Positions 48,185 to 57,857 of a stretch of DNA of 64,000 nucleotides are shown here, piece by piece. A program made the position numbers and the translations under genes. Source of the DNA: an uncultured bacterium. Lineage in GTDB: Bacteria > Krumholzibacteriota > Krumholzibacteriia > LZORAL124-64-63. The DNA lies in contig CAVSGO010000007.1 of assembly GCA_963727525.1 (NCBI GenBank), forward strand, positions 864,001 through 928,000, given 5' to 3'. Each line of letters begins with the position of its first letter. Within the stretch, counting starts at the first letter, position 1. The notes under the pieces were generated by a model. It did no database searches. It had not been told where the DNA came from and saw only the letters and a program-made list of their open reading frames with translations.

Positions 48185-50024
48185 AGCGCCTCTCCAGTTC
48201 CGTCAGCGTGAACTGGATCATGGTGGGGCGACCGTGGGGGCAGCTCAGCGGCAGATCGGTGGCGAAGAGCTGGTCGACGAGGTTGCGCATCTCGGGAATG
48301 GTGAGGGGCTCGCCGGCGCGGATGGCGCCGTGGCAGGCGAAGGTGGCGAGGAGGTCGACCTGCTGTTCCTGGCTGGGGCGCTCGTCGAGGGCGAGGTCGT
48401 CGAGCATGTCGAGCAGCAGGCGTCCCTCCTGCCAGTTGCGCAGGCTCGTGGGGATGCCCTGCACGAGGACAGACTGGCCGCCGAAGGGCTGCACGAGGAA
48501 GCCGAGGCGTTCGAGTTCACCCTGGTGCTGGTGGAAGGCCTGCAGTTGCGACGGCGCAAGTTCGAGGTGAGCCGGGAACAGGAGCTGCTGGGTGGGAATC
48601 GCCCCGCCTCCACTCTCCAGCGCAAGCTTGGCCTGGTTGTAGAGGATGCGCTCGTGGCTGTTGTGCTGATCGATGAGCACGAGGCCGCCGCGGATCTGCG
48701 TGACGATGTAGGTGCGATGGAGCTGCCAGAACGGTGCCGGGTGCAACGCGGTCGCCACGGCGGCGCCGGCGCCGGCGTCCCCCTCCTCCCCGCCGTTCTC
48801 CACGTCCACCTCGCCACGCAGTGCCGAGAAGCCGAAGAGTTCGCCCTGCCCGGCCGGGATACCCTTGGCCTCATAGCCGGCGGAGCCGCCACGCTGGAAG
48901 TGCGACCGCAGGAAGTCGGCCTCGGCGCGGGCGAGCGAGCTGTCAGGACGTAAGGCGCCGAAGCCGGGCACGGCGTCGCTTCTCACGGGGTCGGTCTCGG
49001 TGACGGGACGCAGATGCTCGGCAGCGCGCAGGTCGAGTCCCTCCTGCAGCGCGTTCTTGAGCAGCGAGAACACCTGGCGTTCGAGCAGCAGGCGCACCTC
49101 CGTCTTGGCGGGATGCACGTTCACGTCGACCTCGCCCGCCGGAAGCTGCAGGAAGGCGATGATCACAGGGAACTTGCCCGGGGGCAACACCTCGCGGTAG
49201 GCCTGGCCGATCGCGGCGCCCAGGGTGCCGCTCTCGATGGGGCGGCGGTTGACGAAGAGGAACTGCTGGTCGCGGTTGCCGCGCACCCAGGTGGGGCGTG
49301 AGGCGAGGCCGGCCACGCTGAAGCCTCCGCTTTCCTTCTCGAAGCGCGCGAGGTGGTCGACGACCGAGGCGCCGAGCAGATCGCGGGCGCGGCCGGGCAA
49401 CGAATTCACAGGCAGCAGGTCGAGGAGCGTCTCGCGGTCGTCGCGCAGTTGCCAGCGCACCTCCCAGTGGGCGAGGGCGAGCGTGGTGACAGTGCGCACC
49501 ACGGCGCGGCGCTCGGCCTGCGCCGTCTTCATGAACTTGCGGCGGGCGGGCGTATTGTAGAAGAGATCGTCGACCGCCACCGATGTGCCGCGGTTGCGCG
49601 GCGCCGGTTCACGGCGCTGGATGGCGCCGCCCTCGAGCTCGATGAGGCCGCCCACCGTCTCATCGCCCACGCGGCTGGTGAGGCGCGTGCGGCTCACCGA
49701 CGCGATCGCCGCGAGGGCCTCGCCGCGAAAGCCGAAGCTGCCCACCTGCATGATGTCGGCGGCCGACGCGATCTTGCTGGTGGCGTGGCGCTCGAAGGCG
49801 AGGGGCAACTCGCGGAACGGGATGCCGTGGCCGTCGTCCTCGATGATGATCGACGTGAGTCCGCCGTCGCTCAACGTGACGGTGATGCTGCGCGCACCCG
49901 CATCGAGCGCGTTCTCGCAGAGTTCCTTCACGACCGACGCCGGCCGCTCCACCACCTCGCCGGCGGCGATGCGGTCGATGGTCGCGTCATCGAGCACGCG
50001 GATAGGGCGCGAACGCTCGGCCAT
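48171..50024 (-). CDS. mutL: DNA mismatch repair endonuclease MutL
   Basis: IAAGEVVERPASVVKEL, GFRGEALA, DVNVHPAK, DQHNSHER, ACH, CPHGRP; promoter TTGACG-17-TATCCT at 50092-50064. Confidence 0.98.
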   Translation of the reverse strand: MAERSRPIRVLDDATIDRIAAGEVVERPASVVKELCENALDAGARSITVTLSDGGLTSIIIEDDGHGIPFRELPLAFERHATSKIASAADIMQVGSFGFRGEALAAIASVSRTRLTSRVGDETVGGLIELEGGAIQRREPAPRNRGTSVAVDDLFYNTPARRKFMKTAQAERRAVVRTVTTLALAHWEVRWQLRDDRETLLDLLPVNSLPGRARDLLGASVVDHLARFEKESGGFSVAGLASRPTWVRGNRDQQFLFVNRRPIESGTLGAAIGQAYREVLPPGKFPVIIAFLQLPAGEVDVNVHPAKTEVRLLLERQVFSLLKNALQEGLDLRAAEHLRPVTETDPVRSDAVPGFGALRPDSSLARAEADFLRSHFQRGGSAGYEAKGIPAGQGELFGFSALRGEVDVENGGEEGDAGAGAAVATALHPAPFWQLHRTYIVTQIRGGLVLIDQHNSHERILYNQAKLALESGGGAIPTQQLLFPAHLELAPSQLQAFHQHQGELERLGFLVQPFGGQSVLVQGIPTSLRNWQEGRLLLDMLDDLALDERPSQEQQVDLLATFACHGAIRAGEPLTIPEMRNLVDQLFATDLPLSCPHGRPTMIQFTLTELERRFGRT

Positions 50025-50107
50025 GCTGTTCTCCACGAGAGGGTGCCGTGTGATCGGACGGGTAGGATAGCGTCCGGATCAGGACGCGTCAACGCCGTGC
50101 GGCCGCG

Positions 50108-52369
50108 TCACGATGCCGCAGCCAGGAGAGCGCGAACGCGGTCGAGCAGCTCCTGCGGCAACCTCTGCGGGCCCGGGTAGACAGCGTGTGCCGACTGCAC
50201 CTGCAGGCCCGTGCCGCCCCCGAGCAGGCGCAGGTGATCGCGCAGGCGACGTTCGAGGCGCGGGAGGTTCATCACGTCCTCGGGCACGATGACGGCCGCC
50301 TCGCCGTCGCCTAGGTCGAAGGCCTGGTCGCTCGTGCGCAAGCGGGCGGCGAAGCGCGCGGCGAGACCCGGCACCGCCGTCTGCCCCGCTGCGGGACGCA
50401 CGAGCATGAGGCCGAAGACGTTGTGGTAGCGGTCGCAGCGATCGATCTCGCGCGCGAGCGCCTGGAGCAACGCCTGTTCGCCGCCCACGCGGACGGCCGG
50501 CGGCGGCGGGATATCGATCGCGGGCGACGGCGGCGGCGAGAAGGCGGCCGCCAGCGCGGCCACGGTATCAGGTGCTTCGGATGGGAGACGCCGCAGGAAC
50601 GCGGCAAGCGGGGCGGCGATCTCGGCGTCGAGGAAGGTGAAGCCGGCCCCGTCGAGAGGATGCACGGGTTGCTTGCCCAGCAGCACCAGTGCGGGGGTCG
50701 CCAGGCCGGCGCCCGCGGTGGCGACGAGCACGCTCAGAGGTTCGGGGCCCACGAGGTCGGAGCTGCCGAGGGTGGTGATGCGCCAGCCGTCGGCCTGGGC
50801 CTGCGCGATGAGTTGCGGTACGGCACCGAGCCAGCCCGCGTCCTGAGGGGCGTCGCCGCCGGCGAGGCGCACATCGTCACCGTCGATCGACACCACGGCG
50901 ACAGCGTGCCGGGCGCCCGTGAGATCCGCGGCCTCACGGCAGATGCGTTCGGCCTGCTGTCCGGGTGTCGGGTCGGCGGCGGCCAGGTCGACCATGATGC
51001 GCGTGAGACGCGTCAGTCGCTCGCGTTGCGCGCGCTCGGCGTGGCGCGTCACCTGCTCCTGCAGCACGATATCCAGGAGAGAGACCATCTCGCCGGCCAG
51101 CGCGTGGAAGGTGTTCACCGGGCCGCCATGGTGGAACTGCACGCCGAGGGCGGCGCGCGGCGTCTCGTCGCCCACGGGGAGGTAGAAGGCGGTGAGCACG
51201 TGGCCGTCGTCGCCGGGGGGTTCATCCTGACGCACCACGAAGGCCGCACCAGTGCCGAGCACCTCGCGCCAGGCCGGGTTGTCGAGAGCTTCGCGCCACG
51301 TGCGCGTGTCGCCGGCGGCGGTGCCCTCGCCCAGCAGCAGGCTGCCGTCCTCGCAGACGAGCGCCAGCGTGACCCGTTCGGCGATGGCCGTGACGGCGAG
51401 CGCGCCGCACCAGGCGGCGAGCAGATCAGGCAATTCCGTGCGGCGGGCGGCGAGGTCGCGCAGGCGGCGTTCGCAGAGGCGCAGCACGTCGGCGGCTCGC
51501 GATTCCTGCAGCCGCAGCACGCGATGCAGGATGTGCGCGAAGCGCTGGGCCAGGACGCTCAGTGTCTCGAGATCGTGAGGCGTGAGCGATGGCTGACCGC
51601 GCCCCGTGGAAACGTTGAGCACGCCCAGCACATGGCCGTCCCATTCCAGCGGCACGGAGATGGCCGACGCGATGTCGGGCCGATCGCGGTCGGCGTTTCC
51701 GTCGCCCGGACCCAGGATCAACTCGGCGCGGCGCGTGCGCGCCACGCGCCCGGCGATACGCTCGCCGTTCCGCTCGCCGATGCGCGCGCGGGTGCGATGC
51801 ACCGTGGCCTCGCTCAGGCCGCTCGCGTAGGCGATGTACAGCTCGCGGGTGGTCGTGTCGACGAGCATGAGCGACCCGGTGCGGGCGCCCACGGCGCGGG
51901 TGGCCAGCTCGAGCACACGTTGCAGCAGGGTGTCGCCGGCGAGGGCGTCCTCGAGCTGGGCGAGCGACGACTGCACGGCCGCGGTCTCCAGCTCGTTGAG
52001 CGTGAGGTCCCGCGGCGGATCGGGCTCCACGGTCCGGCGCACGAGCAGGCTGTCGCGGCGCAGGCGCACGCCAAGGTCAGCCGCGCGCACCGCCTCGAGG
52101 CCGCGCACCTCCGCCGCTACCGCCAGGTCGTTGGCCAGCGCCGACGGACGTGCGGGCAGCACGACGAGCGCATCGTCCGGCAACGACGCGCTGGCGAAGT
52201 CGGCGCACACGCGCAGGCCCATGATCTCGGCGATGTTCGTGCCGAGGGCCTTGCCCGTGGGGTCGACCACGGCGGCGATGGTCACGTCGTCCCGCTCCGT
52301 GAGGTCGGCGAGCAGCTTGAGCTCCGCCTCCCCCGGCAGCGCCAGGACGACCGTCAGCTTGCGTTCCAT
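50108..52369 (-). CDS. Multi-GAF protein with C-terminal degenerate GGDEF domain
   Basis: GSLML..., SAISVPL..VLGVLNV (GAF); REIDRCDRY..LRTSD..LGDGEAAVIVPE. Confidence 0.75.
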   Translation of the reverse strand: MERKLTVVLALPGEAELKLLADLTERDDVTIAAVVDPTGKALGTNIAEIMGLRVCADFASASLPDDALVVLPARPSALANDLAVAAEVRGLEAVRAADLGVRLRRDSLLVRRTVEPDPPRDLTLNELETAAVQSSLAQLEDALAGDTLLQRVLELATRAVGARTGSLMLVDTTTRELYIAYASGLSEATVHRTRARIGERNGERIAGRVARTRRAELILGPGDGNADRDRPDIASAISVPLEWDGHVLGVLNVSTGRGQPSLTPHDLETLSVLAQRFAHILHRVLRLQESRAADVLRLCERRLRDLAARRTELPDLLAAWCGALAVTAIAERVTLALVCEDGSLLLGEGTAAGDTRTWREALDNPAWREVLGTGAAFVVRQDEPPGDDGHVLTAFYLPVGDETPRAALGVQFHHGGPVNTFHALAGEMVSLLDIVLQEQVTRHAERAQRERLTRLTRIMVDLAAADPTPGQQAERICREAADLTGARHAVAVVSIDGDDVRLAGGDAPQDAGWLGAVPQLIAQAQADGWRITTLGSSDLVGPEPLSVLVATAGAGLATPALVLLGKQPVHPLDGAGFTFLDAEIAAPLAAFLRRLPSEAPDTVAALAAAFSPPPSPAIDIPPPPAVRVGGEQALLQALAREIDRCDRYHNVFGLMLVRPAAGQTAVPGLAARFAARLRTSDQAFDLGDGEAAVIVPEDVMNLPRLERRLRDHLRLLGGGTGLQVQSAHAVYPGPQRLPQELLDRVRALLAAAS

Positions 52370-52440
52370 GGCCTTCCCGTTGGTTCGTCCGCTGCGTCTT
52401 GATCGGCCGCAAATCGGTCGCCTTGATGCCTACGTCCCTG

Positions 52441-55134
52441 TCACTGGCCGAGTTGTCTCTTCAGACGCGCCAGCCACATGAAGGCGTCGACCGGACTGAT
52501 CCGGTCGAGGTCGAGGGTGCGCAGGGCCTCCAGGGCGTCGCGCTCCTGCTCGCGGAAGAGGCTGAGCTGCTGGCCCTTGAGCCCGGCGGCCACCTCGGCG
52601 GAGAGGTCGCCGTCCGCGGCCACGGAGGCGCCACCTGCGGCCGTGGCGGCCACGGCGCTGCGGCGGTCCTGACCCACGAGGAAGGCCAGGATGCTCTCGG
52701 CCCGGTGGAGCACCGGCTCCGGGATCCCGGCCAGACGGGCCACGTGGATACCATAGCTCTTGTCGGAGCCGCCGGGACCGACCTTGTGGAGGAAGATGAT
52801 CTTGCCCTCCCACTCCCGCACCTCGAGCTGCTGGTTGCGCAGGCCCTCGAGGGCGTCGGCGAGCTCGGTGAGTTCGTGGTAGTGGGTGGCGAAGATGGTA
52901 CGCGGGCGCGGGCCGCGGGCGTCGTGCAGGAACTCGGTGATGGCCCAGGCCAGCGAGAGTCCGTCGTAGGTGCTCGTGCCGCGCCCGATCTCGTCGAGGA
53001 TCACGAGACTGCGCCGGCTCGATTGGTGCAGGATGTGCGCGGTCTCGCTCATCTCCATGTAGAAGGTGGACTCGCCGCGGGCGAGGTTGTCGCTGGCGCC
53101 CACGCGGGTGAAGACGCGGTCGGCGACGCCGACGCGCGCGCCGCCGGCCGGCACCCAGCTTCCAGCCTGCGCGAGCAGCACGATGTGCGCCACTTGCCGC
53201 AGGTAGGTGCTCTTGCCACCCATGTTGGGACCGGTGAGCAGCACGATCTGGTGGGCGTCGCCGTCGAGATCGGTGTCATTGGGGATGAAGTCGCCGGGCA
53301 GGAGCTGCTCCACCACGGGGTGCCGGCCATCGCGGATGTCGAGGGCGAGCGAGTCGTCGCACGTTGGCCGGCAATACGACTGCACCTCCGCCAACTCGGC
53401 GAACGCGCTCATGAGATCGATGGCGGCCACGAGCTGCGCCGTGCGCACGACGGCGCCGAGCTGCCCGCCGGCACGCTGCACGAGTTCCGCGAAGAGAGCC
53501 GACTCGAGAGCCTCGGCCTTCTCCTCCGCCTCGAGGATGGTTTGCTCCGCTTCCTTGAGCTCAGGTGTGACGAAGCGGCACGAGTTGACGAGCGTCTGCT
53601 TCTGCTCGAAGTCGGGCGGTACCTTGTCGAGATTCTTCCGGGTGACGTCGAAGTAGTAGCCGAAGACCTTGTTGTATCCCACCTTCAGCGTGGCGATGCC
53701 CGTGCGCTCGCGCTCGCGCTGCTGCAGGCCGGCCAGGAAGCCGCGGGTATCGCGCGCCACCTCCCGGATGCCGTCGAGCTCGGCATCGACGCCCGCACGG
53801 ATGTAACCGCCCTGGCGCACGGTGGCGGGCGGCTCGTCGGGCAGGGCGGCGAGCAGTGCGCCGGCGAGGTCGTCCAGCAGCGGGAGCTCGCGGGCCCACT
53901 CGCAGACGGGATGCTGGGTGCGGCCCTCGGCCAGCGCCGCGGCCCGCACCTTCTGTGCGGCTTGCAGGGAGAGCCCGAGCTGGCGCAGGTGCAGGGGGCC
54001 AATGCGTCCCGACGCCGCGCGGGCGCCCATGCGTTCGAGATCGTGCACGCGCTGCAGAGCGGTGCGCAACGCCTGACGCCAGTCGCGATCGCTGACGAGG
54101 GTACCGATGCCCGCGTGCCAGCGGGCAAGGGTGTCGAGGTCGGTGAGGGGCTCGGCGAGGCGCTGTTCGAGCAGGCGATGTCCGGCCGCGGTGACGGTGC
54201 GATCGATGTGGTGCACCAGGGTACCGGCTCCACGCTCGCCGCGGAAGGTGCGAAAGATCTCGAGGTTGCGCAGCGTTTCCTCGTCGAGCAGCAGGCGATC
54301 ACCGCGGGCGCAGAAGCGCAGTGACGTGACCTGCGCCGGACGGCTGAGGTTCAGGCTCGTGAGGTAGCGCAGCAGCGACCCCGCCGCAGCGATGGCGAGG
54401 TCGCGCCCGTCGTCGCCCAGGCCGTAGGCCGTGAGGCTCTGCACCTGGAAATGGTCCTGCAGCGTGCGCCGCGCGAAGGCGGGGTGAAACCAGGCGTCAC
54501 TCACCTGGTTGATGACGAGGGACGGCAGCGCCTGGCGCCACGCTGCCAGATGCTCGCCGTCGAGGCTCTCGCGCACGATGACCTCGCGCACCGGATGGCG
54601 CTCGCAGAGCGCCGGCAACGTGGCGTCCTCCTGACCGCAGCGGAACTCGCCGGTGGTGGCGTCGAGCAGGGCCCAGCCACTCTCGCGGTCGGCCGCGCCG
54701 CCGGGCACGTAGGCCAGGCAGTAGCGGCCGGTGCGCCCGGACACCAGCTCCGGGGCGGTGGCCGTGCCGGGACTGATGACCTCCACCACCGCGCGCTTGA
54801 CCAGCCCCTTGGCCTGGGCCGGGTCTTCCACCTGCTCGCAGATCGCGACGGTGAGGCCAGCCTCGAGCAGACGCGCGAGGTAGGTCTCGATGGCATGGTG
54901 CGGGACGCCCGCCAGGGGCACCGGATGGTCGCTCTTGCTGTCGCGGCTGGTGAGGGTAACGCCGGCGATGCGGGCGAGGGTCTCGGCGTCCTCGAAGAAT
55001 GTCTCGAAGAAGTCGCCCATGCGGAAGAGCAGCAGCGTGCCCGGGTGCTGGGCCTTGATCTCGAGGTACTGCGCGAGCATCGGCGTGAGCTTGCCGGCAC
55101 CGCCGTCGGCATTCGCCCGGTCACGAGCGCTCAT
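52441..55134 (-). CDS. mutS: DNA mismatch repair protein MutS
   Basis: TPMLAQY..FRMGDFFETF, TGPNMGGKSTYLRQ, STFYMEM, DEIGRGTST, SYGIHVA. Confidence 0.99.
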   Translation of the reverse strand: MSARDRANADGGAGKLTPMLAQYLEIKAQHPGTLLLFRMGDFFETFFEDAETLARIAGVTLTSRDSKSDHPVPLAGVPHHAIETYLARLLEAGLTVAICEQVEDPAQAKGLVKRAVVEVISPGTATAPELVSGRTGRYCLAYVPGGAADRESGWALLDATTGEFRCGQEDATLPALCERHPVREVIVRESLDGEHLAAWRQALPSLVINQVSDAWFHPAFARRTLQDHFQVQSLTAYGLGDDGRDLAIAAAGSLLRYLTSLNLSRPAQVTSLRFCARGDRLLLDEETLRNLEIFRTFRGERGAGTLVHHIDRTVTAAGHRLLEQRLAEPLTDLDTLARWHAGIGTLVSDRDWRQALRTALQRVHDLERMGARAASGRIGPLHLRQLGLSLQAAQKVRAAALAEGRTQHPVCEWARELPLLDDLAGALLAALPDEPPATVRQGGYIRAGVDAELDGIREVARDTRGFLAGLQQRERERTGIATLKVGYNKVFGYYFDVTRKNLDKVPPDFEQKQTLVNSCRFVTPELKEAEQTILEAEEKAEALESALFAELVQRAGGQLGAVVRTAQLVAAIDLMSAFAELAEVQSYCRPTCDDSLALDIRDGRHPVVEQLLPGDFIPNDTDLDGDAHQIVLLTGPNMGGKSTYLRQVAHIVLLAQAGSWVPAGGARVGVADRVFTRVGASDNLARGESTFYMEMSETAHILHQSSRRSLVILDEIGRGTSTYDGLSLAWAITEFLHDARGPRPRTIFATHYHELTELADALEGLRNQQLEVREWEGKIIFLHKVGPGGSDKSYGIHVARLAGIPEPVLHRAESILAFLVGQDRRSAVAATAAGGASVAADGDLSAEVAAGLKGQQLSLFREQERDALEALRTLDLDRISPVDAFMWLARLKRQLGQ

Positions 55135-56201
55135 CAGTTGCCGCTCTCGACCACGAACCCCTGCAGGCCGTTGGCACGCTGGATCCGCTGCGCCTCGGCC
55201 TGCGCCTGTGTGCGGCTGACGAAGGATCCGGCACGAACCTTGTAGAGGATCTGCCCGCTGTCGTCGTGCTCCTCGTCGACGTGCAGGCCCGGTATCTCCG
55301 CACTCCAGCGCGCTAGGAACTGCATGGCGAGGGCGCGGTCGGCGAAAGCCGCGAGCTGCACGGCGGCCACGGCGGCGTGCGACGGCTCCGGCGTCGCTGT
55401 CGCCGTCGTGGACGGAAAAGCCACGGCGGTGGTGTCGGCCGCGGCGGCCAGTTCGGCTGTCTCGCGTCGCTGGATCTCCTGGACCTCGAGGGCGGCGAGC
55501 GACGCCGGGGCATTGCTGATGATCGACTCCGCCAGCTCGCGTGCCTCCACGTCGCGTCCGAGCAGGCGCAGCGCCTGCCAGCGCCCCGCGTCCAGCTCCG
55601 GGCGTGCTATCGCCACCCTGTCGCGGCCGGCCGACTCGAAGTAGCGCAGCGCCAGCTCGTCCTCCCCCGACTCCAGACCGATGCGGCCGAGCTGGTAGCG
55701 CGCGTCGACGAACGCGGGATCGCCGGGCTTGACCGACGCGAAGTACTCGCGCGCGCGCTGCTGCAGACCGACGCCGCGTGCCGCCACGCCGGCCCAGTAG
55801 TAGACCGCGCCCGGCAGCGTCTGGGGATCTCCGTTGTCGAGGATGGGCAGCAGGAGTTGCAGAGCCGTGCGCGAGCGCCCGCCCGCCTGGGCGATGGTGG
55901 CGCCGTCGAGCGCGGCCTGCACGCGGATCGCGAGAGGCAACGTGGTGTCGTCGGCGAGTTCCGTGGCGATGGACGCGGCCTCGGCGGCATCGGTCGTCAG
56001 GCGCAGGCGCCACAGCGAGGCTTCGCCGCGCGCGCCACCCTCGACCTGCGCCACGTCGACGTCCCTTGCCTGCGAGAAGTCGCCCGACGCGAACAGCAGG
56101 GCCAGCTCGTCGTAGCTGGTGGCGAGCGCGGCGGCCGCTGCGCCCACGAGCGCGAAAATGAGGCCATGGCGAATGCGCGGCGCAGGCATGGTCAACGGCA
56201 T
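55134..56201 (-). CDS. Secreted TPR plus SPOR domain protein
   Basis: Signal peptide, helical repeats, C-terminal VQLAAF...YKVRAGSF (SPOR); SD AGGAGAGG. Confidence 0.8.
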   Translation of the reverse strand: MPLTMPAPRIRHGLIFALVGAAAAALATSYDELALLFASGDFSQARDVDVAQVEGGARGEASLWRLRLTTDAAEAASIATELADDTTLPLAIRVQAALDGATIAQAGGRSRTALQLLLPILDNGDPQTLPGAVYYWAGVAARGVGLQQRAREYFASVKPGDPAFVDARYQLGRIGLESGEDELALRYFESAGRDRVAIARPELDAGRWQALRLLGRDVEARELAESIISNAPASLAALEVQEIQRRETAELAAAADTTAVAFPSTTATATPEPSHAAVAAVQLAAFADRALAMQFLARWSAEIPGLHVDEEHDDSGQILYKVRAGSFVSRTQAQAEAQRIQRANGLQGFVVESGN

Positions 56202-56217
56202 TCCTCTCCTGCCGTCC

Positions 56218-57438
56218 TCAATCGCGGGGCGGCTCGCGGAGCTGGGGGACATCGCTGGAGCGCCGCTCCGGTGCCTTCGTGGCCGGCAGGGCGCGCGGGC
56301 CGAAGCTGTCGAAGCTGCGGCAGTCGGGGCAGAACCAGCGCAACTCGCGCTCCTGCCGGCCACAGGTGCGGCACGCCCAGCCACGCGCCTGGGGCGGCAT
56401 GGTGAGCACGCGCCACAGGCGGTTGAACGGCGCCTCGGGCGTGACGGAAGCGAGCTGGCGCAGGTAGGGTGCCGCCGCGTCCGGCGTGAGCCGCGGATCG
56501 CCCTGCTTCGTCTCCAGGACGCCGATGGCGTCATTGCGCCGGCCGGTCTTCTCGTAGAGCAGCGCCAGCGCCACCCAAAGCGCCGGCGGTGACGACTCGG
56601 TCTGGCACGCCGTCTCGAGGATGGGGATGGCCTTGGCGAATTGCCCCGTCTCGAGCAGCGCCTCCTGCAGGATCGGTAGCACCGGGGCCATCTCCGAAGG
56701 ATAGTCGCGCAGTCCCTCCGTGGCGGCGGCGACGGCGTCCTCGGGCGCCTGCGCGCGCGCGGCGACGACGGCGCGGACGAGCAGCGAGCGTCCGCGAGCT
56801 TCCGGCAAGTCCCGCGCCTGGCTCAGCCAGTGCCGGGCCTGATCGAGCTGATTGCCACGCGCCAGCATGAGGCCGCGATCGACGAGGTAAGCCGCACGGG
56901 AGCGGCGAAACCGCTCGCGCTCCGTGGCCGGGACGCGCTTCTCGCCCACGCGCAATGCCTCGGCCGCAGCGGCGTGGTCGCCGAGTCCGTGCGCCACCGC
57001 GAAATTCGCGTAGTGGTAGCGCGGCGAGGCGACGGCGTGCAGGGCGAGGTCGTCGAGAACGGTGCGCGCCTCCGACCACTGCCCCAGGGCGACGAGGTCC
57101 TCCACGAGTTCCAGGCCGATGGTGACCCGCTTGTGCGTCGGGAGGCCCGGCCGCACGGCGAGGCTGCGGTGCATCACGGCAGCACGGCGCGCGTCGCCCG
57201 TGCTGCGCAGCAGGATCCCGAGCTGCAGGTAGGGGTCGACACGATCGGGCTCGCGATCGACGAGCTCGCGCAGCAGGTCGCGCGCGCCCGTGAGATCGCC
57301 GGCCAGCCATCGCTCCAGAGCGCGCGAGTAGAGGTCCTCGCCCGCCGCCGCCGGCGGCCGGCGCAGGATGCGCCAGAGGGCGAAACCGGCCAGCAGCAGA
57401 ACGGCGAGTCCCACGAACCAGGCCGAGAATCCCGTCAC
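56218..57438 (-). CDS. lapB: LPS assembly protein LapB (YciM)-like
   Basis: N-terminal TM helix, TPRs (LGILLR..G..RRA..MH), C-terminal rubredoxin CRTCG..WFCPDC; downstream of lapA. Confidence 0.85.
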   Translation of the reverse strand: MTGFSAWFVGLAVLLLAGFALWRILRRPPAAAGEDLYSRALERWLAGDLTGARDLLRELVDREPDRVDPYLQLGILLRSTGDARRAAVMHRSLAVRPGLPTHKRVTIGLELVEDLVALGQWSEARTVLDDLALHAVASPRYHYANFAVAHGLGDHAAAAEALRVGEKRVPATERERFRRSRAAYLVDRGLMLARGNQLDQARHWLSQARDLPEARGRSLLVRAVVAARAQAPEDAVAAATEGLRDYPSEMAPVLPILQEALLETGQFAKAIPILETACQTESSPPALWVALALLYEKTGRRNDAIGVLETKQGDPRLTPDAAAPYLRQLASVTPEAPFNRLWRVLTMPPQARGWACRTCGRQERELRWFCPDCRSFDSFGPRALPATKAPERRSSDVPQLREPPRD

Positions 57439-57439
57439 G

Positions 57440-57763
57440 TCACGCGTCCTCTCGTTGACTCTTCGTCGTGGGCAGATCGCGCAGCGGCAGCGTGCGCAGG
57501 TCTGCGAGCTCCTTCGACTTGGCCGCGTTGTCGCGTCGCAGGCGCGTGTGCTCCCGGTGGTGCTGCCACTCGCGGATCACCAGCAAGCCCAGCGAGGCCA
57601 GCACGCCCAGGCCGAACGAGGCCACCACCACCCAGAAGATGTTCAGATCGAGGAAGTCGCGCCCCAGCAGCGTGATGTCCACCGTCTGATCCCCGTTGGC
57701 CACGAAGAACGCGACCAGAAGGAAGAGGAGCACCAGAAAAAAGACGAGCTTCAACACCCACAC
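57440..57763 (-). CDS. lapA: LPS assembly protein LapA family
   Basis: Two TM helices, FFVAN.DQTV, coiled coil ending ELADLRTLP; GTG start after GGAGGT. Confidence 0.8.
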   Translation of the reverse strand: MWVLKLVFFLVLLFLLVAFFVANGDQTVDITLLGRDFLDLNIFWVVVASFGLGVLASLGLLVIREWQHHREHTRLRRDNAAKSKELADLRTLPLRDLPTTKSQREDA

Positions 57764-57857
57764 GACGGCGACCTCCCCCGGGATGGCATCCCGAGCCGTG
57801 AAACCGGATAGAATCCCGAGCAATGTAGCGGAAAGGCAGCCCGGTTGAAACCGTGAA

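Noticed and set aside
52441-56013. 1190-aa MutS with an N-terminal extension
   Set aside because: The extension overlaps the SPOR gene in another frame; the real start is the ATG at 55134 (TGATG coupling).
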